A stretch of 64,000 nt of DNA from Candidatus Obscuribacteraceae bacterium (GCA_044229845.1 JBGASG010000001.1:928001-992000); one strand, 5' to 3'; shown: positions 1 through 9,205, counted from the stretch's first letter. Numbers and translations are program-made. The notes: generated by a model not told the origin, from the letters alone.

Positions 1-90
1 TATAGTTGCACTATTGCTCCGGCTCATGTGCGAGGTTTCTGGTGATTTTTCCTACCCCATAGGCCCGAGGTAAGCCGATCCTAAAAATCT

Positions 91-162
91 TGGGCGGTAA
101 GAGACTCGAACTCCTAACCCCCTCGGTGTAAACGAGGTGCTCCACCATTGAGCTAACCGCCC
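91..162 (-). tRNA. tRNA-Val(TAC)
   Basis: Reverse complement is GGGCGGTTAGCTCAATGGTGGAGCACCTCGTTTACACCGAGGGGGTTAGGAGTTCGAGTCTCTTACCGCCCA. It forms a cloverleaf with anticodon loop TTTACAC and a TTCGA T-loop; CCA is not encoded. Confidence 0.97.
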
Positions 163-209
163 GCGCGAATTTCAAGTTTAACATGCTGCACAGGTGGGGC
201 TGCCAGCGT

Positions 210-239
210 TTGACAGGTCCCTTCTTGACGATCTAGAAT
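210..239 (+). promoter_or_regulatory. sigma70-type promoter for tonB-zur
   Basis: TTGACA (210-215), 18-bp spacer, TAGAAT (234-239), upstream of a GGAG RBS and the ATG at 274. Confidence 0.7.
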
Positions 240-256
240 ATGAAAACGGTTTTCAT
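240..256. promoter_or_regulatory. Zur/Fur-type operator
   Basis: Perfect 8-1-8 palindrome ATGAAAAC-G-GTTTTCAT directly after the -10 box. The operon encodes a Fur-family regulator. Confidence 0.75.
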
Positions 257-273
257 TCTAGGAGTCATAGGAT

Positions 274-654
274 ATGCGGGCTGTTTGCCTCGTTGTCGCC
301 TCGGTAGCCATAGTTGGACTCGCAGCCGCAAAGCCCGCGAGCGCGCAGGTTAAGACCTTCGCCGCCGGCACTGCCTCGACCGCTACCTATTTAGATGCAA
401 AGCTCCTGGAAAACCCCCTCCCGAAAATTCCGCCGCATCTGCACGAGGAATGCTTCAAGTCGTGCTGTATCGCGCGTTTCAAAATCGACGAAAAGGGTCA
501 GTATCAGGTGCGCCTGATAAGCTCCTCCGGCAATACAGAGATTGACGAAATTACACTTTCGACGCTTCGCCGCTGGAAGTTTAAGCCTGCTATGCTTGAT
601 GGCAAGCCGGTCGCGACCACACGCCGCATCCGGGTTGAATTCGAAGTCGAATAA
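274..654 (+). CDS. Short TonB C-terminal-domain (energy transducer) protein
   Basis: N-terminal hydrophobic signal followed by a TonB-CTD pattern (RFKIDEKG...SSG...LRRWKFKPAMLDGKPV...VEF). Confidence 0.8.
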   Translation: MRAVCLVVASVAIVGLAAAKPASAQVKTFAAGTASTATYLDAKLLENPLPKIPPHLHEECFKSCCIARFKIDEKGQYQVRLISSSGNTEIDEITLSTLRRWKFKPAMLDGKPVATTRRIRVEFEVE

Positions 655-666
655 CCATCAGGCGAT

Positions 667-1113
667 ATGGTTCACTCCCATTCCCATAAACAACAAGCCA
701 ATCTCCCGAGACCAGCTGGTCTGACGAAGGGCTGTCAGCGTGTTCTCGAAGTTTTAGAGCAAGAAACAGAACTGGCGAGCGCGCAGGATATACACGGCAA
801 GCTGCGTCAGGAAGAAGACAAGGCACCAGGTCTGACGACTGTATATAGATCGTTGGAGTCGCTGGTCGCGCTTGGTCTGGTGCAGGCGGTCGACCTCGGC
901 GACGGCGAACGCCGCTACGAGCTGGTGAACCCCGGCGAGCACCATCACCACGTCATCTGCGAGTTGTGCCGCACGAGCATGCACCTGGATCAGTGCCTCG
1001 TGTCCGAACTCGAAGAAGCTATTCAACAGAAGTACGGATTCGAAGTGCGGTCGCACATCCTAGAGATCTTCGGTGTCTGCGACTCCTGCCAGAAGAAACG
1101 CCGCGGCAAGTAG
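667..1113 (+). CDS. zur: Fur-family regulator, probably zinc uptake regulator Zur
   Basis: GLTTVYRSL HTH, HHHHVICELC and a C-terminal CDSC motif; adjacent to tonB and a TonB-dependent receptor. Confidence 0.8.
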   Translation: MVHSHSHKQQANLPRPAGLTKGCQRVLEVLEQETELASAQDIHGKLRQEEDKAPGLTTVYRSLESLVALGLVQAVDLGDGERRYELVNPGEHHHHVICELCRTSMHLDQCLVSELEEAIQQKYGFEVRSHILEIFGVCDSCQKKRRGK

Positions 1114-1158
1114 CACCTCGCTTGTGCCATCGTTAGCGCTCAGCAGCTGTGGAAGGGC

Positions 1159-1272
1159 TGACCGCCACGGCGGCCACAATGTACTCAAAATGGCCGCCAC
1201 TGCGGGTCATTCTTAGTGCCTATGGCCGCCGTGGCGGTCATTTCGGCGAATCTCTGGCCGCCACGGCGGTCA
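1159..1272. repeat. Phased palindrome array 1 (4 units of an ~18-bp palindrome, 32-bp period)
   Basis: Units at 1159 TGACCGCCACGGCGGCCA, 1191 TGGCCGCCACTGCGGGTCA, 1223 TGGCCGCCGTGGCGGTCA and 1255 TGGCCGCCACGGCGGTCA, separated by different 13-14 bp spacers. Confidence 0.9.
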
Positions 1273-1322
1273 CGAGGACTCTTGTCTGTCCTGCCCCATC
1301 ATCAAATGATGTCAACATAGGA

Positions 1323-1339
1323 ATGAAAACGATTTCCAT
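1323..1339. promoter_or_regulatory. Second Zur/Fur-type operator upstream of the TonB-dependent receptor
   Basis: ATGAAAAC-G-ATTTCCAT, 15/17 identical to the box at 240-256. Confidence 0.65.
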
Positions 1340-1402
1340 TTACATACGATTTCCAAGAGCGCAGAATCTATTTCGGAATCCAACGAACGAAAGGTTCGCC
1401 TC

Positions 1403-4240
1403 GTGTCTCGGTCTTGGCAAACGCCCCGGTCAAATGCAAATGCATCGTCCATCTCGCTGATCGCACTCGCGGCGACGGTGGCACTCCTTGCTTGCCAGCA
1501 GTCTGCGTTTGCCGCCAACAACAACGACGATGACGACGACGATGCTCCGCCCGCCAAGCCGGCGCAGGCGACGCCGATTGCCCCACGCGCGGCTATTCAA
1601 GGTTTCTCGCGCGCCGCATCCTCTTATATGAATAACTTCGGTCCCGGTGCCACCGCCGCTCCGGATCAACCTTTTACTGGTGCCCCCGCCACTGCGGGAG
1701 GTGCCCAAGCCGGTGCACCTGGAACATCCCTAAGCCCAGGTGCGCCGGCTTCGAATTCTGCGAAGAAACCACCAGTGGTGCAACTCAAACCCGGCACCTC
1801 CACCATTCAGGGTAAGGTCGTTGACGCTGATAACGGCACCCCCATCGGCGACGCGGAAGTTCTCATCCAGCGCGTCGGCAAGGACGGCGCCCGCCTCGAA
1901 CAGGAAGTTCAAGACGACGGCTCATTCTCTTTCCAAAATATAGAGGAAGGAGATTGGGACCTCACCATCACCGCCGAAGGCATGTTCTCGCAGACCAAGC
2001 GCGTCGTAATCAAAAAGGGCGAAACCCAAAACTTCCCCATCGCCATGGAAGAGCTCGAGTCGACCGACGTACTGCGCGTCTCCGGCAAGCGCACCCTCAC
2101 TCATCCCGAGCGCATCGGCAGTACCACGGACCTCGACCGCCGTTTCCTCGATCAATATAAATCCGGCAACGACCTCAAACAGGTTATTCAGAGCACACCG
2201 GGGGTGATGGCAGACTCGTTCGGCAACATCATCACCCGCGGCGAACACAACGCGGTCAACTACGAGGTCGACGGCGTCGTTCTGCCCGAGGCACCCAACA
2301 ACCTCAGTCAAGGTCAGTTTGCCTCGCCGCGTGCGTTGCAGAGCGTTAGCGTCGACATCGGCGGTTACGAGGCGCGCGATGGTGGCGGTCCCCTTGGTGC
2401 GGTGGCACGCCTGAAAACTCTCCCAATCCAAGCCAAACCCTCGCTCGAATATGGCGGACAGATCGGCGGACCCATCGCAGGCACCATTTACTACCGCGCC
2501 ACCGGCGCCGCCAGTCAGGATCCCAACAGCATCTGGAACAAGGTGCGCTTCGAATCAATCGGACAAGCGCAAGCCAATTCGTACGGCATCCAGGCTCCGG
2601 CGAAGTTCTATCGCAACAACGCGCGCCTCAACATGAACTTCATGAACAAACTGGAGTTCTCTCCCAACGAGTACAACACATTCAAATTAACTGCCGCCCT
2701 CAACAGTAGCTTTGCGCAGCAACCGACCAACATCATGTCAGCCAATGCGGGTGTCAGGCAGAAACTCTCCGAGCGCGACCATTACTTAATCGCCAGCTGG
2801 AACCGTCGCGGCAAAAAATTCTTCGACGAAGCAAACCTGCACTTCGTCAACGCGTTCTATCAACAGCTCGGACAAAGCAACCTCGCCTTCGATCCCTTTC
2901 CCAATCTCGTCGGCGAAGAACCGCTGCTTGCCTCGACCGCGTTCACCGGTCGCAGATTCAATTATGCCTTCTCCGCGCAAGGCGACATCAAAAAACGCAT
3001 CTTCAAGACCCACAACCTGTACGCCGGTTTCCTCAGCGAAATCCGCCCGGTGACGACCAGTTTCTCCGGCATCTATTTCAACACCGACCGCAACCTGGCA
3101 CCAATCGGCGGACTGATCAGCCCGTACACGCGTACTTTCGACGGTCCCCAATTTACCGGTGGCGTCGGCAAATACAAGGGCTTCCGTTATCTGCAAAGCG
3201 CGTACTTCCAGGATACCTGGAAGCCCGAAAAAGGTTTCCTCAAGCGCCTCACTCTCAATGCCGGCGCGCGCTTCGACTTGTATCACGGCGTCTTCGGCAA
3301 CACTCTCGGCGTCGCGAACGCCATGCAGAACATTCCCGGCATCCAGCCGTTCGATGCCTCCCGTTTCCAAAAACAAACCGTCACCGATGCACAAGTCAGT
3401 GGACGTTTTGGTGGCACCTACGCACTCACCAAATCAACGGTACTCCGCGGCTCCTACTCCCAGATATTCCAACCGCCGCCCGTCGATGTGTTCGTAACAC
3501 CGCCAAATGTCTCTGAGGACCCAATCTTTGGCATCTACCCAGGTACCGTGCGCCCGCTCAGAGCCACGCGCGGCAGTCTCGTCGACGCCAGCATCGAGCA
3601 GCAGGTCGGACCTCGCTTCGTGCTGCGCAATAACCTTTACTACAAGCGCCTGAAAAACTTCGGCGACTCGGGCGTCGTACAAAACACTCCGCTCTACAAT
3701 CGACTGACGCTCTCCGCCCAGGAAGCCTACGGCTGCGAAACCCGCATGGAACTGCGCCCCGCGCGAGACGGCACCGGGTTCAATGGATTCATCTCCAGCA
3801 CGGTTGCAGTCGCTTACCTGCGCGGAACCAAGTCCACCACCGGTGGTATCTGGGAACCAGACATGGCACCCGTCCTCGCCAAATACCCCGACCACGACCG
3901 TCGCTACACCCTGCAATCAGGACTTGGCTATCGCTGGAAAAGCGGACTCTGGTGCCTTGGTGAATGCGGCGTCCTGACCGGATTGCAAAACCAACTCGAT
4001 CCAGCCATCTTCGGTCCGCACCCCGCGCGCACTCCGGTAGTCACCATCATCGGACTCAACGCTGGCTACGAAATGCCGAAAAAGTACCACGACAAAAGCA
4101 AGCTCTTGCCGACCAGCTTCGATGTGCGCATCGATAACCTCACCAACCAACGCACACCACTAAACTTGGGCAGCCCATTTCAAGGAAACCGCTTCATGCT
4201 GCCAATCCGCATTCTCGCCGGGATGTACTGGAAGGTCTAA
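1403..4240 (+). CDS. TonB-dependent outer-membrane receptor with N-terminal carboxypeptidase-regulatory-like domain
   Basis: Signal peptide, GTSTIQGKVVD...G.WDLTITAEG beta-sandwich, plug (STPGV...TRGE...VDGV) and barrel motifs (YFQDTW, LTLNAGARFD, NLTN), aromatic C-terminus. The GTG start is uncertain. Confidence 0.88.
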   Translation: MSRSWQTPRSNANASSISLIALAATVALLACQQSAFAANNNDDDDDDAPPAKPAQATPIAPRAAIQGFSRAASSYMNNFGPGATAAPDQPFTGAPATAGGAQAGAPGTSLSPGAPASNSAKKPPVVQLKPGTSTIQGKVVDADNGTPIGDAEVLIQRVGKDGARLEQEVQDDGSFSFQNIEEGDWDLTITAEGMFSQTKRVVIKKGETQNFPIAMEELESTDVLRVSGKRTLTHPERIGSTTDLDRRFLDQYKSGNDLKQVIQSTPGVMADSFGNIITRGEHNAVNYEVDGVVLPEAPNNLSQGQFASPRALQSVSVDIGGYEARDGGGPLGAVARLKTLPIQAKPSLEYGGQIGGPIAGTIYYRATGAASQDPNSIWNKVRFESIGQAQANSYGIQAPAKFYRNNARLNMNFMNKLEFSPNEYNTFKLTAALNSSFAQQPTNIMSANAGVRQKLSERDHYLIASWNRRGKKFFDEANLHFVNAFYQQLGQSNLAFDPFPNLVGEEPLLASTAFTGRRFNYAFSAQGDIKKRIFKTHNLYAGFLSEIRPVTTSFSGIYFNTDRNLAPIGGLISPYTRTFDGPQFTGGVGKYKGFRYLQSAYFQDTWKPEKGFLKRLTLNAGARFDLYHGVFGNTLGVANAMQNIPGIQPFDASRFQKQTVTDAQVSGRFGGTYALTKSTVLRGSYSQIFQPPPVDVFVTPPNVSEDPIFGIYPGTVRPLRATRGSLVDASIEQQVGPRFVLRNNLYYKRLKNFGDSGVVQNTPLYNRLTLSAQEAYGCETRMELRPARDGTGFNGFISSTVAVAYLRGTKSTTGGIWEPDMAPVLAKYPDHDRRYTLQSGLGYRWKSGLWCLGECGVLTGLQNQLDPAIFGPHPARTPVVTIIGLNAGYEMPKKYHDKSKLLPTSFDVRIDNLTNQRTPLNLGSPFQGNRFMLPIRILAGMYWKV

Positions 4241-4899
4241 CCTGAGCCCAAGCCTATGATTTTTTCGTTGTAGCCCAGCACTCGGCTAACCACCACATCG
4301 GAATCCTTTTCGATATAAACTTCTACTTTAATCTCATACGGTGCATCTCCCGGCAATGGCAAGTCGGTGGGTTCAGCCTCTTGAATCCAACGTGAGAGTG
4401 CAATGTCCATTGGGTTTTGTGAGGAGGGTGCGACCCTGGTGGCACGTCCGTCATGGTCTAGATAGTAAGTTGCTCGACATCTCTGATTAGCTGCCTGAGA
4501 TGTCTGCCCATCGTTAGCGGCGTCGACCAACCATGACCGCCTGATGCTGTTGTTTGACGCTGCCAGGTAGAAGTCGAAGAACGAAGCCACCGCTTTCTTC
4601 CTCTTTTCCAGATTTTGTTGCTTCAATTGCGCCCACTGCTGAACATCCCAGTGTTCGCAGTTTGCCAATGCTAAAGGAACACCAGGCTGTTCAAACGGCC
4701 TGATCACGTCGTCCCACTTAGCATGCTCAAGGACGACCTTTCTGCGGTAAGTGTGATGTGCCGGGGACAAATAACGCGTAGACCGGCGCATATATGCGCT
4801 CACCTCAGGCGGTGGCATATTGGCAAAAGCAGCGTCCGCGAGGTTGGTAATCGCAGTCACCAGCAACAGTGCCGTGGTTAGGCTGGTTGGCTTGTTCAT
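4237..4899 (-). CDS. Exported hypothetical protein with a possible degenerate TonB/TolA-CTD-like end; paralog of 4896..5639
   Basis: Signal peptide; shares FF.FYL, YYL...GRATR, LP.DAP.EIKVEV and SRV motifs with its neighbour. Confidence 0.7.
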   Translation of the reverse strand: MNKPTSLTTALLLVTAITNLADAAFANMPPPEVSAYMRRSTRYLSPAHHTYRRKVVLEHAKWDDVIRPFEQPGVPLALANCEHWDVQQWAQLKQQNLEKRKKAVASFFDFYLAASNNSIRRSWLVDAANDGQTSQAANQRCRATYYLDHDGRATRVAPSSQNPMDIALSRWIQEAEPTDLPLPGDAPYEIKVEVYIEKDSDVVVSRVLGYNEKIIGLGSG

Positions 4900-5639
4900 T
4901 TATTCAATCTTTGTGTTATCCGGCTTGGGCTCGGATTCTTCCTGTGATTAGTATTGGTTGAGTAACTCACGACACGGCTATGGGTTTCCGCTGTCTCAGT
5001 ATCGAGCGACACTTCTACTTTGATCTCGCCGGGTGCATCCGCGGGAAGAGCGAAGAAGGCTTCCTGCGCGATCGCGATCACCTTCGCCAGCCTTTGATCG
5101 TTGGCTCCTTTACCTCGAGGCGTGATTCTCGTTGCACGTCCCGCCACGGTCAGGTAATACGAGGCAAACGCCATTTTGCGGGGAGGCGGCGGAGGAGGCT
5201 TCTCATCCGGATTGGTACTGGCCCAGTTTGATACTCGGATTTGCAAAGGTTTGTGCCCGTCCCACCCCATCACAGTATGCTGCCACTCTTGTTGAATCGC
5301 CAGATCTTCCCTTCCCAGATAGAACTGGAAAAAGGTCGCCGTAGCTTTCTCCTTTCCATTTTTCTTTTCGAAGTGCTTAAGCAGGTCCGCCCAGTGACCA
5401 TGGTTATCGACAAATTGCCAGTAGTCCTGGTACGCGAATCTGTACTCTTCCTCCACGCTATCTTGCAGCAGTATCCACCCTTCATTGGGTGGCGGTGCGG
5501 CCACATTAGACCAGGCTGCGGGCATGGCAATCGGCATCAAATACAGTGCCGATGCCAGAATTAGAATCACTCTCGTCCACGTCGACCAAAATGACCGATG
5601 GCTTCGTCGCATCACTAATACTGATTGCCGCCCTTCCAA
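4896..5639 (-). CDS. Exported hypothetical protein, paralog of 4237..4899
   Basis: Same shared motifs; 4-bp overlap with the downstream gene. The start may be the ATG at 5612. Confidence 0.7.
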   Translation of the reverse strand: MEGRQSVLVMRRSHRSFWSTWTRVILILASALYLMPIAMPAAWSNVAAPPPNEGWILLQDSVEEEYRFAYQDYWQFVDNHGHWADLLKHFEKKNGKEKATATFFQFYLGREDLAIQQEWQHTVMGWDGHKPLQIRVSNWASTNPDEKPPPPPPRKMAFASYYLTVAGRATRITPRGKGANDQRLAKVIAIAQEAFFALPADAPGEIKVEVSLDTETAETHSRVVSYSTNTNHRKNPSPSRITQRLNK

Positions 5640-7222
5640 GACCGCACCATATTGTTGTACTCGAACGTGAACTCGATATCCACCGCATCCGGAGCGCTCT
5701 TCGGCAGCACAGGGAAGTAAGGCTGCGCATTGCGTATCGCCGTCAGCGCCGCGGCATCAACGGTGTTGTTGTTGGATGTCTGGCTGATGCGCAGGTCGTT
5801 CATCGATCCGTCTTTGCGCAATTCGAAAATCACCGACGCATTAGACGAGCCATCGCGCGGCGGATACCAGTGCTTCTTGATGATGCGCTGCAACTGGTTC
5901 ATGTAGGCTGAAAAGTCCGGGTTGACTGCGACGCTGGCCACGCTATCCGGTCCATCTACTGCATTAGGATTCGTGTTGCCGAGCACACCACGATCGTTGG
6001 AGACTGGCGCGATGACGTTGTCGTTTTCGCCTGACATAGTCGTACCGTGACCCGGTTGCACGGTCGGCATTGGCGAGGTGTCGCTACGCGATGTACCGCT
6101 CGGGCTCCCTCCAGCCAGAACGGCGACCGGCGTAGCAGTGTCTACAGATGATGGATGTTTCAAGGTCGCCACCATACCCGGTGCGGCGACGGTGCCGCCC
6201 TTCGATGGCGTTGTCGGATTCTTCACCACATCCGGTGTCGAGCCGGCCGAGGTGGCACCATCCGGCGCCATGTTCTCCGACTTGGCCGTGGTGGGACGCA
6301 CCGCCTGTGGTGTGGGATTGCTCTGCGTTCCCGATATGTATTGCACCGGCGCGGCAGTGGCTTGCTTCGGATTAGGATCGCCCGCCGTCGGGCGGCTTGC
6401 CGACAGGTTGCTTGGCACGGGCGTCGTCGCCAGGGTCGGCGTCGTCATGGCTGCCAGCTGTCGCAGGTTAGGCTGCGGCGCTCCCGGTATCGGATCAATC
6501 GCCGGTTGGGGACGCGTCTCATTCGGATTGGGCGCCGCGGCGGAGGCGGTGCTCGGAGCCACGGGGTCGGATGCCGATTCCGGCGCAATGATGTCGCGCC
6601 AGTCGTCGTGCCGTCCGCTGTCGATGCTGTCGCGTTCAGACTGGCGGGTGGTGTCCACGGGCGGCTTCAAAGCCGTTTCTGCCTGTTCGGGAATGAATTC
6701 AATGACTGTGTAATTGCGTTCGATCGGACGCTTGCCGCTGAAGCAGGCAGCCCCGACGAGGCACGCCATCAATAGGGCGAAGTGCGCCAGGTAGACGCCG
6801 CTGGATGTTTCAGTCAGCCCAATCAATTGACTGGGATACTTGATTTGCATCTGCTTGGCGGTGCGCACATCAAAGAAGTAGGCGTCGAAGACGGCATAAG
6901 CCACGAACAAACCCATGAGCGTGAACAAAACCACTGACGCCGGAGATCCGAAATGCGCGTAGCGGACCGCATCGAGCACACTCACGTTAGCCTTGACGTG
7001 AAACTGCTGGCACACTTCGGTGATCGCGCCGACTATCGGTTGGTTAAAGACGATGAGCAGCAGAAGCAGGAAATTTACGATAGTCGCGTCGAGGAAAAGA
7101 ATACCTTTGCGTTTCTCGCCGTTGTAGAGCTGCCCGAGCCCGGGTATCAAAGATAAAAGCGCTGCCTTGGCAGGGTTTTTTCCGGCAGAGTTACCGAATG
7201 CGTCAAAAAACGTCGACGACAT
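5615..7222 (-). CDS. Membrane protein with Pro/Thr-rich linker and C-terminal TonB/TolA-like domain
   Basis: SLIPGLGQLYNG transmembrane module, long low-complexity linker, then YMNQLQRIIKKHWYPP...FELRKDG...DAAALTAIRNAQP. Start moved to ATG 7222, which follows a GAGG RBS. Confidence 0.8.
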   Translation of the reverse strand: MSSTFFDAFGNSAGKNPAKAALLSLIPGLGQLYNGEKRKGILFLDATIVNFLLLLLIVFNQPIVGAITEVCQQFHVKANVSVLDAVRYAHFGSPASVVLFTLMGLFVAYAVFDAYFFDVRTAKQMQIKYPSQLIGLTETSSGVYLAHFALLMACLVGAACFSGKRPIERNYTVIEFIPEQAETALKPPVDTTRQSERDSIDSGRHDDWRDIIAPESASDPVAPSTASAAAPNPNETRPQPAIDPIPGAPQPNLRQLAAMTTPTLATTPVPSNLSASRPTAGDPNPKQATAAPVQYISGTQSNPTPQAVRPTTAKSENMAPDGATSAGSTPDVVKNPTTPSKGGTVAAPGMVATLKHPSSVDTATPVAVLAGGSPSGTSRSDTSPMPTVQPGHGTTMSGENDNVIAPVSNDRGVLGNTNPNAVDGPDSVASVAVNPDFSAYMNQLQRIIKKHWYPPRDGSSNASVIFELRKDGSMNDLRISQTSNNNTVDAAALTAIRNAQPYFPVLPKSAPDAVDIEFTFEYNNMVRSWKGGNQY

Positions 7223-7409
7223 ATCAACCTCAAAGATTCGTTCGGTCGGCAGGAGAAACGGACCTGGTTCCAATCCCAATGTATTCCAAACCGCTGGGCT
7301 TCTGTAGGGTGATCGCACCGCAAAATATTCAGGGTTTTCCCCGGCGGAATTCGATTTGCACTATCCGTCGGGCTTTGGTAGGCTTCCCAGCCAGGACCAA
7401 GAGGCATAA

Positions 7410-8387
7410 ATGGCGACCACGAAACCCAGCGGCACAGACGACGACCAGCTCTGGCGCGATTACCTGGAAACCGGAATTAAGGCGCTCAATGGCGGGAACC
7501 TCCACCTGGCCGAGGTCGCGCTCTTGGACAGCCTCAAGCATACGGGCTCAAACGGCGGGTCTACGTATCACGTCGAGCAGAGTCTCGAACTCCTGGGCGA
7601 GTTGGCTGCCCGGATTTATTTCGAAAACGAGGAAGAGCGCGCCGTACAGCTTTGTGAGCAGATTCTCCAGATCGGCTACCCGATACTGGGCGGTCAGAAC
7701 AGTGCCGTTTATACGGCTGCCTGCCTGCTTGCCGACCGGTATTTCGACCTGGAGCAGGAGCAGTCCACCACCCCAAAACAGGCAGTCCTGGAGGAGTTAG
7801 CCCAGATTCTTTCGCAGGCGGGGCAGGTCGTCATGTACGAAGATGCCGAAATGGTGGGCAACGGGCTCTACATGCTGGCAAGCCTCTATTACTCCTCCGA
7901 GCAATACGCGACCGCCGAGCGCCTGGTCAGGCAGACGTTGGCGCTGCGGCAAATTGCGCCCCCGCAACTGCAGGCGGCGCTGATTCAGGACTACGAGCTC
8001 TTCGTTAACACGCTCTGCTGGCAATCCAAATTCGAAGAGGCGGAACGCGCCGCCGGCGAATGGATGGCGCTCGCCCGCGATGTGCCCCAATCGGGTGAGG
8101 GGGAAGAAACGCCCGTCCGCGACGGGCGCGAGCTCTACCTGGCACAGATTTACCTGACCCAGGGCGAAATCTACCGCATGATGGAACGCCCCGAAGAAGC
8201 CGAACCAGCTTATCAGCACGCGATAAAACTCCACGAGGCCGAGCGCTGCGATGACTGCTCCGAGATGGCGGCCATCCTGCGCGCCTACGCGCGTTTCTTG
8301 CAAGCCAATTCACGCGCCGACGAAGCGCACCGCATGCTGCGCCGCGCCGGACGCATCAACGACGACAGCGAAGACGTCCTCTCGTAG
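7410..8387 (+). CDS. Tetratricopeptide-repeat protein
   Basis: Repeated helical motifs such as LASLYY..EQYATAERL and GEIYRMMERPEEAEPAYQHAI. Confidence 0.8.
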   Translation: MATTKPSGTDDDQLWRDYLETGIKALNGGNLHLAEVALLDSLKHTGSNGGSTYHVEQSLELLGELAARIYFENEEERAVQLCEQILQIGYPILGGQNSAVYTAACLLADRYFDLEQEQSTTPKQAVLEELAQILSQAGQVVMYEDAEMVGNGLYMLASLYYSSEQYATAERLVRQTLALRQIAPPQLQAALIQDYELFVNTLCWQSKFEEAERAAGEWMALARDVPQSGEGEETPVRDGRELYLAQIYLTQGEIYRMMERPEEAEPAYQHAIKLHEAERCDDCSEMAAILRAYARFLQANSRADEAHRMLRRAGRINDDSEDVLS

Positions 8388-8400
8388 CCGCCCCAACAAG

Positions 8401-8419
8401 TTGTACAATATTCTGTACA
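8401..8419. promoter_or_regulatory. Antitoxin operator (paired TGTACA hexamers)
   Basis: TGTACA at 8402-8407 and 8414-8419 (12-bp spacing), just upstream of the antitoxin start. Confidence 0.7.
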
Positions 8420-8435
8420 CCTTGAGACTATTGGC

Positions 8436-8738
8436 ATGGCAAAAGTTCCAAAACGAATCGGCAAAGCGCAGGCGCGCGAAGAATTCTCCAGTCTTATAGA
8501 GTCCGTGGCGAGCGGTGCCGGTGCTGTCGAAATCACAGACTACGGCAGAGTGGCGGCCGTACTCGTGAGCGACGAGGAATATAAGTGGCTTTGTACCTGT
8601 GCTAATAACGCGACGCAGCCTAAGCGTAAGGCTCGTGGCGTAGTAATTCTAGCTGACGACAAAGCGTTAGATGACGCAGCTAAGCAACTGAAGACTGACT
8701 TCGAGTCGTCCATGGATAAGGCGGTGCGCAAGCTGTGA
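8436..8738 (+). CDS. Type II antitoxin, Phd/YefM family
   Basis: AREEFSSLIESV...VEITDYGRVAAVLVS..EY pattern; 4-bp overlap with a PIN gene. Confidence 0.85.
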   Translation: MAKVPKRIGKAQAREEFSSLIESVASGAGAVEITDYGRVAAVLVSDEEYKWLCTCANNATQPKRKARGVVILADDKALDDAAKQLKTDFESSMDKAVRKL

Positions 8739-9151
8739 CTGACAGTTTCCTGGTCACTGATACTCATCCACTTGTTTGGTACCTAGCCAATCAAGAAAAG
8801 AAACTTCCTAAGAAAGTGCTGGCGGCTTTCAAGTCTGCGGAAGAAGGAAACGGCGCCCATATATGGGTTCCCGCAGCTGTTGTCTGGGAGTTCTCGCAAC
8901 TCCTTCGCAAGACTGTTCGCATCAAAGTGGATGCGCCATTCGGTCAGTTGGTGCGGGAGAACTTCTTCATGAAGAGCGTTACTCTGGCAGAGTTACAGCC
9001 TGCTGACCTGATTCTCGCCCACGAGTTCAGTTTTAACCGAGATCCATTCGATTCGCTGATTGTGGCAACTGCCGTACGTCTGGGATTGCCGCTGATGACG
9101 GCAGACCATGAGATCACAGATGCCGAAGCCTGCGACGTCTTTTGGAAATAG
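8735..9151 (+). CDS. vapC: Type II toxin, VapC/PIN-domain ribonuclease
   Basis: DTHPLVW, VWE, RDPFDSLIVATA and LMTAD acidic PIN motifs. Confidence 0.9.
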   Translation: MTDSFLVTDTHPLVWYLANQEKKLPKKVLAAFKSAEEGNGAHIWVPAAVVWEFSQLLRKTVRIKVDAPFGQLVRENFFMKSVTLAELQPADLILAHEFSFNRDPFDSLIVATAVRLGLPLMTADHEITDAEACDVFWK

Positions 9152-9205
9152 ATGGGTACTCATTCGTAGATACCGGCTTCTCCCGTCGCGCGTTCCCATG
9201 AAAGA

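Noticed and set aside
91..162. Prophage or integrative element at the tRNA genes
   Set aside because: No integrase, transposase or phage genes, and I saw no duplicated tRNA 3' end within the window.
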